DNA from: Scyliorhinus canicula
Lineage: Eukaryota
DNA length: 64,000 nt
Direction: 5' to 3'
NCBI RefSeq assembly: GCF_902713615.1
Contig: NC_052152.1
Location: 68,668,818-68,732,817 of the forward strand
Positions 49,088 to 62,041 of this stretch are shown one piece after another (the stretch's first letter is position 1; every line of letters starts with the position of its first letter). The notes under the pieces were generated by a model. The model saw only the letters and a list, made by a program, of their open reading frames with translations. It ran no database searches and was not told the origin of the DNA. The position numbers and the translations under genes are program-made.

Positions 49088-50500
49088 ATATTTATGGGAT
49101 GTGGATGTTGCTGGCTAAGCCAGGATTTAATGTCCCTCCCTAGCTGCCCTTCAGAAGGAGATGGTGTGCTGCCTTCTTGAACCACTGCAGTACCCGAGGT
49201 ATAGGTACACACACAATGCTGTTAAGGAGGGATCCACGACTTTGATCCAGCAACAGCAAAGGAATGGCGAAAGGTTTCCATGTCAGGATGGTGAGTAACT
49301 TGGAGGGAACCTCCCAGGTGATGGGGTTCCGAGATATCTGCTGCTCTTGTCCTTCTAGATGGTAGCGGTCGTGGGTTTGGAAGATGCTTCTGAAGGAACC
49401 TTGGTGAGTTCTTGCAGTGCATCTTGTAGATGGTACACTGCTGCTACTGTGCATGAGTGGTAGAGGGAGTTAATGTTTGTGAAAGGGGTAGCAATCAAGC
49501 TGACTGATTTGTCCTGGATGACATCAAGCCTCTTGAGTGTTGTTGGAGCTGCACTCATCCAAGCAAGTAGAGAGTACTCCATTATACTCCTAACTCTTGC
49601 CTTGTAGATGGTGGACAGGCTTTGGGGGGTCAGGTGGTGAGTTACCACTGGGTTCCTCATTTTTGACTTGCACTGGTAGCCAAAGTGTTTATATGTCCAG
49701 TTTCTGGTCAGTGATAACCCCCAGGATGTTAATAGTGGGGATTCAGTGATGGAAATGCCATTGAATGTCAAGGGGCAATGGTTAGATCCTCTCTTGTTGG
49801 ACATTGAACCATAGAATTTCTACAGTACAGAAGGAGGTAATTAGGCCCATCAAATCTGCACCAGAGCACCCTACATAGGCCCAATCCCCCCACCCTATCC
49901 CCGTAACCATATAATCTGCATACCCCTAGACATTAAGGGGCGATTCAGTATGGCCAATCCACTTAACTTGCACATCTTTGGACTGGTCATTGCCTGGCAC
50001 TCAACATAATGCTGCCTGCCACTTCTCAGCCAATGTGGATATTGTCCACATTTTGCGGCATTTGGGCATGTTTCAATATCTGAGGAGTTGTGAATGGTAC
50101 TGACCATTGTGTAGTCATATGCGAACATCCTTACCTCTGACCTTATGATGGAAGGAAGATCATTGATGAAGCAGCTGAAGATGGTTAGGCCTGGATATTA
50201 CACTGAGGAACTCCTGCAGTAATGTTCTGGAGCTGAAATGATGGACCTCCAACCACCACAACCATCTTCCTTTGTGCCAAGTAAGACACCAACTAGCAGA
50301 GGGTTTTTCCCCCTGATTCCCATCAGTTTTGCTCGGGCTCCTTGATGCCATACTTGGTCAAATGCTGTCTTGATGTCAGGGGCAGTCACTCTCACCTCAC
50401 TTCTGGTTTTCAGCTCTTTTTTCCATGTATGAGCCAGGGCTGTATGAGTTCAGGAACTGAGTTACCTTGGTGGAACCCAAACTGGCTAGGTGTACAGCAA
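49088..50500 (-). mobile_element. LINE 3' fragment, second CR1/L2-group family, interrupted by a SINE fragment (~49807-49985)
   Basis: DIKTAFDQVWHQG, MFAYDYT (degraded FADD) and TIYKARVRSIMEYS. Confidence 0.78.
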
Positions 50501-50514
50501 GTTCTGGTCTACAG

Positions 50515-51182
50515 GGGTGCAATTTAATGGAAATAAAAGAGAGTCCCGTGTCGAGCACGTTTAGCCAGGTGTTTCCCAGCGCTGGGAGCAAAACGGATGG
50601 CCTCGCCACAGGGCGCTGGGGTGGTTCACGCCATTCCAGCCTCCCTTTTCGGCGCCCAGCCAATCCATGCATGTGTAGTGGCGCCGTGCCAACCTGCGCA
50701 TGCGCAGTTGGACCGCTCCAACCCGCAAATGCCCGGGGGACTTCCAAAATACGCCAGCCCTGAGGCAACATGGCATGGGGGTTCAGGGGCCGGCCGCGTA
50801 ATAAAATCAGGCCGGGGCTGGAGAGGCTGACACCATCGGAGGCCCCACCGGTGAAGGAGTGCTTTTCGCCTCCCCACAGGCCGCCCCTGACCCTACGCGC
50901 AGAGTTCCCGCCGGCTGCGAGCAGGTGTGAATGGCGCCGGCGGGACTCTGCAGTTTCCGCGCGGCTGCTCGGCCCATCAAGACCGCAGAATCGGCGGCCC
51001 GGCCGCAGAAAGCGGGCCGCGATTGGCGCGCGCCAAATGCGAAATGCGAAATGCGCCAGCGCAAATGGCGCCGATTCTCCGCTCCTCGGAGAATTGCCTG
51101 CCGGCGTCGGACCGGTGCCACGGGAAAAAAATGGCGTGGATGGCTATTCTCCGATACGGCGCGGCATGGGAGAATCCCACCC
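50515..51182. mobile_element. Harbinger MITE
   Basis: Ends GGGTGCAATT and GGAGAATCCCACCC. The right ~95 bp match the right end of the 36436-42239 element; the core is shared with 51617-52242. Confidence 0.8.
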
Positions 51183-51312
51183 TTTATGTTTTTAATGATT
51201 TTTGTTCACTCAGTCCCTCGGAGCTCACAGAGACTCAGGGACTATTTGCAGGAAGAACAGTGATAGTTCTTAACTTGGTGGAGAATGTTGACTTTTAAAA
51301 ACAAATTCAATG

Positions 51313-51528
51313 ACAGCATGGTGGCGCAGTGGCTAACTCTGCAGCCTCATGGCGCCGAGGTCCTAGGTTCGATCCCAGCCCTGGGTCACTGTGAGGAGTT
51401 TGCACATTCTCCCTGTGTTAGCGTGGGTTTTGCCTCCACAAAGCTGTGCAGGGTAGGTGGACTGGCCACACTAAATTGCCTCTTAGTTGGAAAAAATGAA
51501 TTGGGTACTCTAAATTTATTTTAAAAAA
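51313..51528 (+). mobile_element. Short V-domain SINE with A-rich tail
   Basis: GGTGGCGCAGTGG, GGTTCGATCCC, tail GGGTACTCTAAATTTATTTTAAAAAAA. Confidence 0.8.
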
Positions 51529-51616
51529 ACAAATTCAAAGTCCCAGTTAAACCAATTTTGTGCACAAGTTAAACTAAACTAGTACTCTGAACTTAACACT
51601 AGATCTTGCAAACCTT

Positions 51617-52242
51617 GGGCGCGATTCTCCCAAATGGAGACAGAGTGTTCACGCCGTCGCATTTCATGACGGTGTAAAATGGGCACGGGCACGACCGATT
51701 CTGGCCCCCTGCATGGCACTGGGGCGGTTTATGCCGCTCCAGTCTACCTTCCAGGCGCCAACTGGGTGCCGTGAAAACCCGTGCATGCGCAGTTGGGCCG
51801 TGCCAACAGGCGAATGCGTGAGGGACTTCCTCAATGCGCCGGCTCCGAGGCAACATGGTGTGGGGGTTCAGGGACCGGCCGAGTAAAATAGGTCTGGGGC
51901 TGGAGAGGCTGGCCCGCCGATCGGTTGGCCCCAATCGCGGGCCAGACCCCATCGGAGGCCCCCCCACCCCCGGTGAAGGAGTGCTTTTCCCCACCCCACA
52001 GGTTGCACCCCGACCCTACGCGCAGAGTTCCAACCAGCTGCGAGCAGTTGTGAAAGGTGCCGACGGGACTCTGACGTTTCCCCGCGGCCCTCGGCCCATC
52101 AAGGCCAGAGAATCGGTGGCCCGGCCGCAGACAGCAGCCAGAGAATCTCGTGGGGCGGAGAATTCGGGACTCGGCGGGGGCGGGATTGATGCCGGCCCCG
52201 GGCGATTCTCCGACCCCCCCGGGGGTTCGGAGAATTCCACCC
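51617..52242. mobile_element. Harbinger MITE abutting the truncated LTR
   Basis: TIRs GGGCGCGATTCTCC and GGAGAATTCCACCC. Confidence 0.82.
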
Positions 52243-55200
52243 ATGGTGTTCAACCAACCCCCACCTTTAATGGATTGTTGCTTTTGAAGCACATGGCTTG
52301 TTCCCCAGGTGTAGTATTACAATTATGGTCACATGGTTTTTAAAACAAAACAATGTTTATTCTCTGAACTCACATTAACCTTTTAAATAAACATTGGATC
52401 TCTTAACACCCCTTACTTCAAAGATAACCCCGAAAATAATACAACTCTACCCAATCCTGCAAACTGTTCCTTTACACACCCAAAAGACTTAACAAATCCT
52501 TCAAACAGAAGCGCATTAGATTTATATTCAATACTGAGACCTTTTTACAATTCCGATTTCACCAAAGGATTAAGAGATAGTCCTTCATGGCAGAAATCAC
52601 CAGCAATGCAGCTCACAGCCACACCCAAGCGTTCTTCAAACCTGAAACTAAAATTCCCAAAAAACATAAGTGAGCTCAGTTCCACCCCTGTGACATCACT
52701 TCAGTAATATGATCAGCTTTATTTCTTAAAGGTACATTTCTTAAACAGCCAATTCTTAAAAGCACTCTCATATGACACCTCCCCCCAAGAAAAAATAAAT
52801 AAACCATCAACTTCAAGATGGTTTCATTTTTCACTTTTGCACCATCAATTAAGAAATGCACACAGTAAAAATAATTTTTTGTTTAAAATAAAACACACGC
52901 CAACAGGCATGATAATATAATCCATTTTCCCCGTTCTTCTTCCTCCAACCGAAAACCATCTCGATTGACAGTCTCTTTGAACAAGAAAGTCTCTGCATGA
53001 TCCATCCATTCCTCTGCACCTCAGCATTTCTCTTTAGAATCAGGTACTTTAGTTCAATCTGACCACAGAGCCCCTTGCAATTCTCCAATACAGGAGCATT
53101 GGTGATCACAGCTTTCAGGCAGTCAAATGTCTGTAGAAAGTCCCCTGTCCATTGAAATTTTTAATGTTTCTTCAGCAATTCCATCAGTGGAGCAACCACA
53201 CTACAAATCTTTTACACAAAGGTTCGATCAAATTCATTCAGGCTAAGAGATTGCATTATTTCCCTTCGTCTTGAGGGTATCGGAAACTCCTCAAGGAAAG
53301 TGATTAGGGCTTCTCCAAATTCACTTTCAGCTAGGTTCATCACCAAACCCACCACCTGAAGTCGATCGAAGAACTCCATACGATGTTTAAAATGTTCTTT
53401 CCATGTCTGGAAGTTGGAAATAAAAGCAGATTGTCCCACTTTCTCAATGCAATCCTTCAAATGTGGGATAGGGTAAGAGTCCGTTCTTGTAACTGCATTC
53501 ACCTTTTGACAGTCCACACACAACCGTTGGGTACCATCTGGTTTAGGTACCATCACTATGGGTGAGCTTCATTGGCTGCAACCCACTTAAATTGTGCCAT
53601 TTTAAAACATATTGTCAATCTTTTTGTTAACCTGTGCCAATTTTAAAGGGTTAAGTCTATATGGATGTTGTTTGATCAGAACAGCATTTCTCACATCTAC
53701 ATCATGTATCGCCATTTTAATACTTCCTAATTTATCTCTACAAACTTGCCCATGTGATATCAATAACTCTTTCAGGTCAGTTTGTTTTTCCTCTGGAAGG
53801 TAGCTTAACAATTCATCCCAATTTTTAAGAACATCCTCATTTTGCAATTTAATTTGAGGTATGTCAAATTCACAGTCATCTGGATTTGGTTTGTTACTTT
53901 TAGTTAGAATCATTAAAACCTCCTTTTACTCTCCTTCCCTTTCAAAGTACCTTTTAAGCATATTTACATGACACACTCAGTGTGTCTTCCTTCTATGTGG
54001 CGTTTTTACCACATAATTCACCTCACTTAATTTCCTTTCAATCTGATATGGTCCACAAAATCTAGCTTTTAAAGGCTCACCTATCACTGGTAACAGCACT
54101 AAAACCTTATCTCCACTTGCAAAACTACGAACTGTGGATTTCTTGTCCACTACCCGTTTTATCACATTTTGTGCAACTTTTAAATGTTGTATAGCCAATT
54201 CACCTGCTCTATTTAATCGTTCTTAAAAATTGACACATAATCCAATAGTGTAATTTCCGATTTCTCATCCACCAATTTTTCTTTGATCAATTTAAGTTGT
54301 TCTCTTACCTCATGACCAAAAATTAGTTCAAGAGGACCAAATTCGGTTGACTCATTAGGTGCATCCCTAATTGCAAACAGTACGGATGGAATTCCTTTAT
54401 CCCAATCCGCTGGATAATCTTGACAATAAGCCCTCAACATTGTCTTTAATGCCTGATGCCACTTTTCTAACGCTCCCTGCGATTCTGAATGGTACGCAGT
54501 TGATTTAAATTGTTTTATTCCTAAGCTATCCATAACTTCTTTGAATAACTTTGATGTAAAATTTGATCCTTGATCCAATTGTATTTCTGTGGGTAGTCCA
54601 TATCTAGTAAAGAATTTAAGTAACTCCTCCACAATCTTTTTAGCTGTAATATTACGTACTGGAATGGCCTCTGGAATCCTAGTAGACACATCCATTATAG
54701 TCAAAAGATATTGATTCCCACTTTTGGTTTTAGGAAGCGGTCCTACACAATCAATTAGGGCCCTCGTAAAAGGTTCCTCAAATGCTGGATTGGATATTAT
54801 TGGTTTTATCACTGCTTGAGGTTTCCCTATCACTTGACATGCGTGACATGATTGACAAAATTTAACTACATTTTTATGTAGTCCAGGCCAATAAAAATGT
54901 TTCTGGATTTTAGCTTGAGTTTTCCTTATTCCCAAATGACCTCCCACTGGGTTCCTCATGTGCAACTCGCAACACCTTCTTTCTATACCCTACCGGCAAT
55001 ACTACTTGATGAACTTCTGACCACTGCATATCCGCCTGCATATGTACAGGTCTCCAGTTTCTCATCAAGACATCACTTTTATGGTAATAACACTCTGGTA
55101 TACGCTCAGATTCCTCTTCCGTATATGCTTTCTGATACATCCGTTTTATTTCTACATCTTTCTGCTGTAACTCCGCCAATTTTTCTGAACTAAAAACATC

Positions 55201-57866
55201 CGCCTCAACCTCCACCTGTTCTTGTTCTTTTCCAACCATCTGATCAAAAATCGTTTCTGATAATTGCACTTCAACTTCATCTTCACTCTTTGATTTCTCC
55301 TCTTGTCTTCACCTGTGACTTTCTGACCTTGTTACTACACAATCCGGAAAAATCCCAGGATATTCGTCCTTCAACACTTCAGTTGTCTGAATTTCCACTG
55401 GCTTATCAACCACAGTATGCATCACTCCCACCTGCGATCCAGCTACATCATTTCCCAAGATAAACTGTATTCCTGGACAAGATAGTTTATCTATTACTCC
55501 TACTACCACTTCACCACTCTTCACTGGACTTTCCAACCTTACCTGATATAATGGAACACTACTCCTCTGACCCTGAATTCCACAAATTACCACCGTTTCT
55601 GGCAACATTATTCCCAAACTACATAATTCCTCATCTCTTACCATTAAAGATTGACTAGCCCCTGTATCTCTTAAAATTGTGACTTCTTTACCTGCTCTAC
55701 CTGATACACATCAGTAAACTTTACCCACACAAGTAAGTTCTTTAAAGACATCTGGCATCTTCTTAACAATTACTTGTTGAACAGGCTGTACAATCGTTTG
55801 CACCTCCTTCGCTTCCCTTGGGCTTTCCTTTACCACTCTAACAAATCCCACTGTCTTATCCTGTTTTATCACATCAGCCTTTCCCCTGCTTTTCTTCAAC
55901 CACCTACACTGCGACTTTACATGGCCTAGTTTATTACAGTGAAAACATTTGAAACTTTTCATCTCTTTTCCACTTTCCTGGATTTCTTTTTAAATCTGAG
56001 GTACACTCTCTTTATTGTCTCCCATCAGATCACCTTTACCTTTACCACTTGAGTATTTCCCACCCTTGAGTGATACATACTAGTCCCCAGTTTCTATCCC
56101 TCACCAGCTGAAACTGATGTCGCAAACCAATCTTTGGTCTATGAACTAATTCATAATCATCTGCCATTTCTGCTGCTAATCACGCAGTTTTAACCCTTTG
56201 TTCTTCCACATGAGTTCTCACTACATCAGGAATTGAATTTTTAAACTTCTCCAAAAGTATAATTTCTCTGAGAGCTTCATACATTTGGTCTATTTTTAAA
56301 GCCCTTTTCCACCTATCAAAATGACTCTGTTTGAGCCTTTCAAACTCCAAGTATGCTTGACCAAATTCTTTCCTTAAATTTCTAAACCTTTGTCTGTAAG
56401 CTTCAGGCACTAGCTCATATGCGCTTAAGATGGATTTCTTCACCTTCTCATACGTTCCAGATACCTCCTCCGGTAGTGATGCAAACACTTCACAAGCTCT
56501 ACCTACCAGCATTGTTTGAATTAGTAACACACACATGTCCTGTGGCCATTTCATTTGTTGAGCTACCTTCTCAAATGAAATGAAAAAGGCTTCCACTTCC
56601 TTCTCATCAAATCTTGGCAATGCTTGGACATATTTAAATAGTTCCCCGCCACGCCTTCGACTTTGATGCTCTTTCTCACTATCATCATCACTATCATCCA
56701 ACTGTACATTTCCCTTTACATCTGCCTATCTTAACTGACTGTCTTGTTTCATGGCCATTTTCTGAAGTTCAAACTCTCTCCCTTTATCTTTTTCCCTGAT
56801 CTGTATCTCCCTTTCTCTTTCTTTTTGTTCTGCTAGGGCTATTCTTTCTTTTCTCCTTTCTTCTCTCTCATTTTCTTTTTCCTCTCTCTCTCTTTCTGCT
56901 CTCTCTCTTTCGTATTCAAGCCACTTTAATTCTTTCTCATGTTCCATTTGTTTAATTTGCAACTGAATTTTTGCTATTTCCAATGAGTCAAACTCTATCT
57001 CAGGCAACTTTAAATGCTTAGCCACTGCCATAATTACCTCATCATTTCACATTTTGTCAGGTAATGTTAACTGCAATGTTTTTGCCAAATCTAACAGTCT
57101 GCTTTTAGTCTCTGTCCATAAGGTACTGCGTGTGACAGTCTCCACCCCCAAACACTTCTGAGCCTCTGAAAGAGCCATTGCCCACAAGACACTTCAACTA
57201 AATACCACACCAGAAAAGCAACAATCCTTCACTGTCTTTATGTTCACAAAAGCCAATCCAATAGATAGACTTTTATCCCGGATGAGCCCCCAGTTGTTCT
57301 GGGAGAGGCATTTTCAGAACCCCAAAATGTATCATGGAGTTCAACCAACCCCCACTTTTAATGAAATGTTGTTTTGATGCACACGGCTTGTTCCCCAGGT
57401 CTAGTATTACAATTATGGATACATGGTTTTTAAAAGAAAACAATGTTTATTCCATGAACTCACATTAACCTTTTAAATAAACATTGGATCTCTTACCACT
57501 CCTTACTTCAAAGATAACCCCGAAAATAATACAACACTACCCAATCCTGCAAACTGTTCCTTTACACATCCAAAAGACTAAACAAATCCTTCAAACAGAA
57601 GCGCATTAGATTTATATTCACTGCTGAGACCTTTTACAATTCCGATTTCACCAAAGGATTAAGAGGTAGTCCTTCATGGCAGAGATCACCAGCAATGCAG
57701 CTCACAGCCACACCCAAGCTTTCTTCAAACCTGAAGCTAAAACTCCCAAAAAGCAGAAGTGAGCTCAGCTCCACCCCTGTGACGTCACTTCAGTAATATG
57801 GTCAGGTTTATTTCTTAAAGGTACATTTCTTAAACATCCAATTCTTAAAGGCACTCTCACATGACA
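52243..57866 (-). mobile_element. Gmr1-type Gypsy LTR retrotransposon (gag-PR-INT-RT order), both LTRs present
   Basis: 5' LTR 57295-57866 (TGTCA...AACA) and 3' LTR 52243-52777, about 93% identical by hand count. PPT GGGGGGAGG at 52778-52786. Gag with CFHCNKLGHVKSQC knuckle, protease ILRDTGAS (~55680), integrase 54213-54965 (GHLG..CQSCHAC, DCVGP, DQGSNF), then RT remnant 53212-53556. Confidence 0.93.
57275..57292 (-). promoter_or_regulatory. Primer-binding site complementary to the tRNA-Pro 3' end
   Basis: TGGGGGCTCATCCGGGAT, 2 nt downstream of the 5' LTR; 17/18 match to the PBS-Pro sequence TGGGGGCTCGTCCGGGAT. Confidence 0.88.
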
Positions 57867-59384
57867 TCTGATATCACTGAAAATATACATTAGGTTTTAG
57901 CATACTGGGAATTCACCTTTTTAACTTCAAGGGCTTGATTTATTAGTTCCTTATAGAGATTGGAGGTTAGAGGGTGCGACAAATAGACCCACCAGTTGGC
58001 ATTTAGTGTCCTGACTCCATTCTGGCATAAACAATATTTGTGAAGGCAGGATGGGTAGGGTGCAGCAGCAGGTAGCCAACACAACTCATTAAGGGCCTAT
58101 CGGGATCAATTATAACTAATGAGGTTTGCCAGGTCTCCACAAATGGGAGGGACTAGTTCACCTGCCAGGAAGGACTATATTTATTGACACCATAACTCCG
58201 GGAAGAGCATCTACACATGCTTGGCTGCAGTCAGCCTCATCATAGTCAGAAACTTTATCGGCAACTGCTTGCATCAAAAATGTCCTCTGTCTTCACAGCC
58301 CTCCAGGCCGGCAGACATGAGATGATAGGACTGAGCGGGCACCTCTTAATGCATCCTCTTTAACTGGTGTGTACTGCTTCTAATTCCAAATCCCTGGCAA
58401 CCTTCATACCTTGTGCTAACCATTTCCCTCAAAGCCCCCTCCTTGCCCTGCTCACCGTCCTTTTGCTGCCTCTTGTTTTTTGCCCCTCTCTCGCATCCTC
58501 ACCACCTTCTATGGGACGATCAAGACAGCATGAGTGAGGGGAGGGGTTGGGACCAGAACAGGAGGGGTTTGTTGGGAGTGTGGCATTACTATCCATGAAG
58601 AAAAGGGTTAGGAATAATTTACACAAAGGGTTATCTGGGGCAGTAGAGGTAGAAAAGATTGGATTTTATTAAGGAAAACTGGATAGATATTTCACAAAGT
58701 TGGCAATACAGGCTATGAAAAAAATGTTAGACACAATGGACTGAATGAGCTTTTTCTGAGCTGTAAATTTCAAGTACTACAAAGTTATATATATTTCTGT
58801 ATTTTCTATAGTCGGAATTTTAATTTGTGTGGCTGTAGAGTAACTTTCGTATTGCCAATAATCCTTGGCAAACACTCCCTCCATTACACAGCAGATCCCA
58901 TTGACTTCAAAGCATCTCATTTAAACTGAATTCACTTTCTGTGTCGTTAATTATCACCTGATATCCAAAGCAGGCTTTCCTGAAACTGCATGTGGTGATG
59001 GATGCTGATGCAAGGAAACAGTATGACTTTGACTTGGCTACTTAGCATGAGTTTGGTTCAGATCGTTCTGATTCCCAGTCTTGTTTCAAACAAACAAAGG
59101 GGATTGTTCGCCTTCAATTCTGATCAATCATGTAATTTACATTGACCAGCAGGGATTTCAAGCTGGAACCAGAATACAAGCTCCTGTGTAATTCTGCTAA
59201 GAACAGATGTTAATGGTGTAACACATATCAATCAGCTATACTTTTAATGTTCATTTAGGATATAATTGTAACACATTTATGTTGCATAAATGTGACTTTT
59301 GTGTTCTCAAACCTGTCAAGAGCTTTTCAAAAGTTTGTACAATTCAATGAGATTCATTGAATAAACTGGATGTTTGTCAGCTAT

Positions 59385-59855
59385 GATTTGATTGCACTCA
59401 CCTCTGAGAAAAAGGTTGTGCGTTGAAGATCTACTTTGGCTTAAGCACATAAATCAAGTCTGACAATTCAATGCAATACTGAAGGAGTGCTTCACTATTG
59501 AAAGTGCCGTCTTTCAGATGAGACATTAAAATAAGGATACATCTATCCTCACAGATAGATGTAGGGACATAAGAACAGAATTGGCCATTCAGCCCCTCAA
59601 GCCTGCTCCACTATTCAATAAGATCATACTCCATGTCATGTCACCAATTCCCATCAATGTAATGTAAAGATTCCATCGTACTATTTCAAAGATGGGCAGG
59701 GGAGTTATTCCTGATATCCTGGACTCTAGATATCCCTTGATCAACATTGTTTTTCTGAAGTTAGAACAGTGACTATGCTTCAAAAGCACTTAATTTGCTG
59801 TGAAGCACTTTGAACATCCAGTGGTCATGAAAAGTGCTGTATAAATGCCAGTCAG
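59385..59855 (+). mobile_element. DeuSINE (SacSINE1/AmnSINE1-like), interrupted by a short CR1 3' piece (~59570-59660)
   Basis: Deu-domain-like ACTGAAGGAGTGCT...GTGCCGTCTTTCAGATGAGACATTAAA, and tail CTTCAAAAGCACTT...TGTGAAGCACTTTG...GCTGTATAAATGC. Confidence 0.7.
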
Positions 59856-60954
59856 TATCATCATTAATAATGTTCAAGACCTTCAGAACCTCCCCAACCC
59901 CCCAATAATTTCCAGGCTTTCGAGGTGGGTTAATCTATGGTCATTGTGGAACTAATTGGCCAACAGTAAAACCTGTTTGAGTATTTTCGGATCTTGGTTC
60001 AGTTTTTAAAAACCTTTATCATGCCTATTCAGGAATTCTAATTTGACTTTGATGAAACATTATCTGAACAGCATTTTTGAAATAAGTTAGGTTGAAACAA
60101 AATTCTAGCAGATGGGCAGTGTGTTCCCACAGCTATGAATATCTGCAAAATCTGATGTGGGATCAGAAACCTCTAATGAATACACCATGGGTTGCCAATT
60201 ATGAGGTTTCACTGTCCAATTGTGAAAGACTCCAGTATTAATTAGGGAGTTTGGAAACTCATAAAAAAGTATGAAGACACGCAAGGAGAATAGACGATCT
60301 GGTCCTTCAAATCACGTCTGCCACCTACTGTGTACAACTTAATCTATAATGGACCAACCCACCTGAAAAAACCTCCTGTGTTGAAACACTAAATGATTCC
60401 CTCAACTTAAAAGATAACCAAGACAAACTCCAGAATTTTCATCAATTATTATATATCTAATGTTTAATCCACCTCATTACCTCCTGCAGGCAATACTTCT
60501 CACTGCCTTCTCCCCTACAGTTCAATAAGGAGCTCTGAAGCATTGATCTGGGATAATAATGCAGGTAAATTTGAGTGTTCAGATTTCCAGCATCCGTTGT
60601 ATTATGCTTTGCATTTCTCCTCAATCCATGTAGAAGAACTCATTAATGGTAACAATAAAACATTTGCAAACAATACTGAGCTAATCGGTAAAGTGATCTG
60701 TGAACATAAAAATAGTAATTTCCATAGGAAATGGATGAACAAAATTATGGCTGATGCAGTTTAATGTAACAAAGTGAGAAGCAACTTACTTTAGACAAGA
60801 AATTAACAGATGGGAAACTATTGCTAACATTGAGTGGAGGTGGGACTGTTGACTTTGAACATTGCATCCACACGTGGTGTTGTGAGTTGACATTATTCTA
60901 CAATGAAAGCAAGGTCATTTAACATGACCTTGTGGCACTTTTGTTTTTTATATA

Positions 60955-61165
60955 TAAATGTAAAGTATCCAATTCATTTTTTTTCCAATTAAGGGGCAAT
61001 TTAGTTTGGCCAATCTACCTACCCTGCACATCTTTGGGTTTTGGGGGTTAGACCTACGCAGGGGATAATGTGCAAACTCCACAAGGACAGTGACCCGGGG
61101 CCAGGATCAATCCCGTCCTTGGCGCGTGAGACAGCAGAGCTAACCACTGCGCCACCATACTGCTG
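60955..61165 (-). mobile_element. Short V-domain SINE with A-rich tail
   Basis: CCAATTAAGGGGCAATTTAG...GCTAACCACTGCGCCACC. Confidence 0.78.
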
Positions 61166-62041
61166 CTTGTGGCACTACAGGCACAGATTATATGATGCGC
61201 TGGAAGTACACTGATGTCTGGTGAAAAGCTATCTGCAACCAATAGTTTGTTATGGTCAAGAGGAGGGTTAATCTTTCACCACCCATTTGCAAACAGAAAG
61301 GTGTTTTAATTTGTTTCCCTTTCTATAAGTGTTTCCCAACCCCTGAGTTTTGGTGTGATCCAATTTCTATTGATAACCCCACAGGAAACTCAAGATAGGG
61401 TGAACTCAAAGGGTGTGTTTATTTGTACACACTCAAAATACAAAAAGCATGTCCACAATGCCCTCTTCACATTCAGACAAAGAGAAGGATAGAGAAAATA
61501 TTTTACAGTGGAGAGACCATAGATAAACTAAACATTGGTTCATGTGAGTCCCAACATCCAGCATCAGTCTATTGAGATATTCCTTCACAGAGGTATGCAG
61601 GCTGAAACCAGATGTTGTAGAATTCACTTCCAGTGCAGTGGAACTCACAAGTGATATAGGCACACAGAGAAGAAGAAGAATCAGTCTTGTAGGCAATGGT
61701 GTACAACTTCCAGTAGAAGCAGGGTTGATAGGCCCAAGTACCTAATCTGGGACAGAACTCCTATGGTTGCTGCCTACTAGTCAGATGTTAAACAGCCTAC
61801 TGAGCTTTTTAGTTTAGCATGGTGTAACTGTTCCATAAGCCAGAGGGCCATGTCAAATTACTCCGATGTCACCACCATCTTTGAGAAAGGATGGGTATCC
61901 TTTGCTGGAATTTGGCTTGGTCTTCAGGGCTGTCTTTATGGCTTAAAATCAATGTTTAAGAAGTCATTGTCTGGGATTTTCTGGCCATTCCTGCCAGTGG
62001 GATATTCTAGCCATGGTGACCCCCCCATCTCCCCCTCAGTG

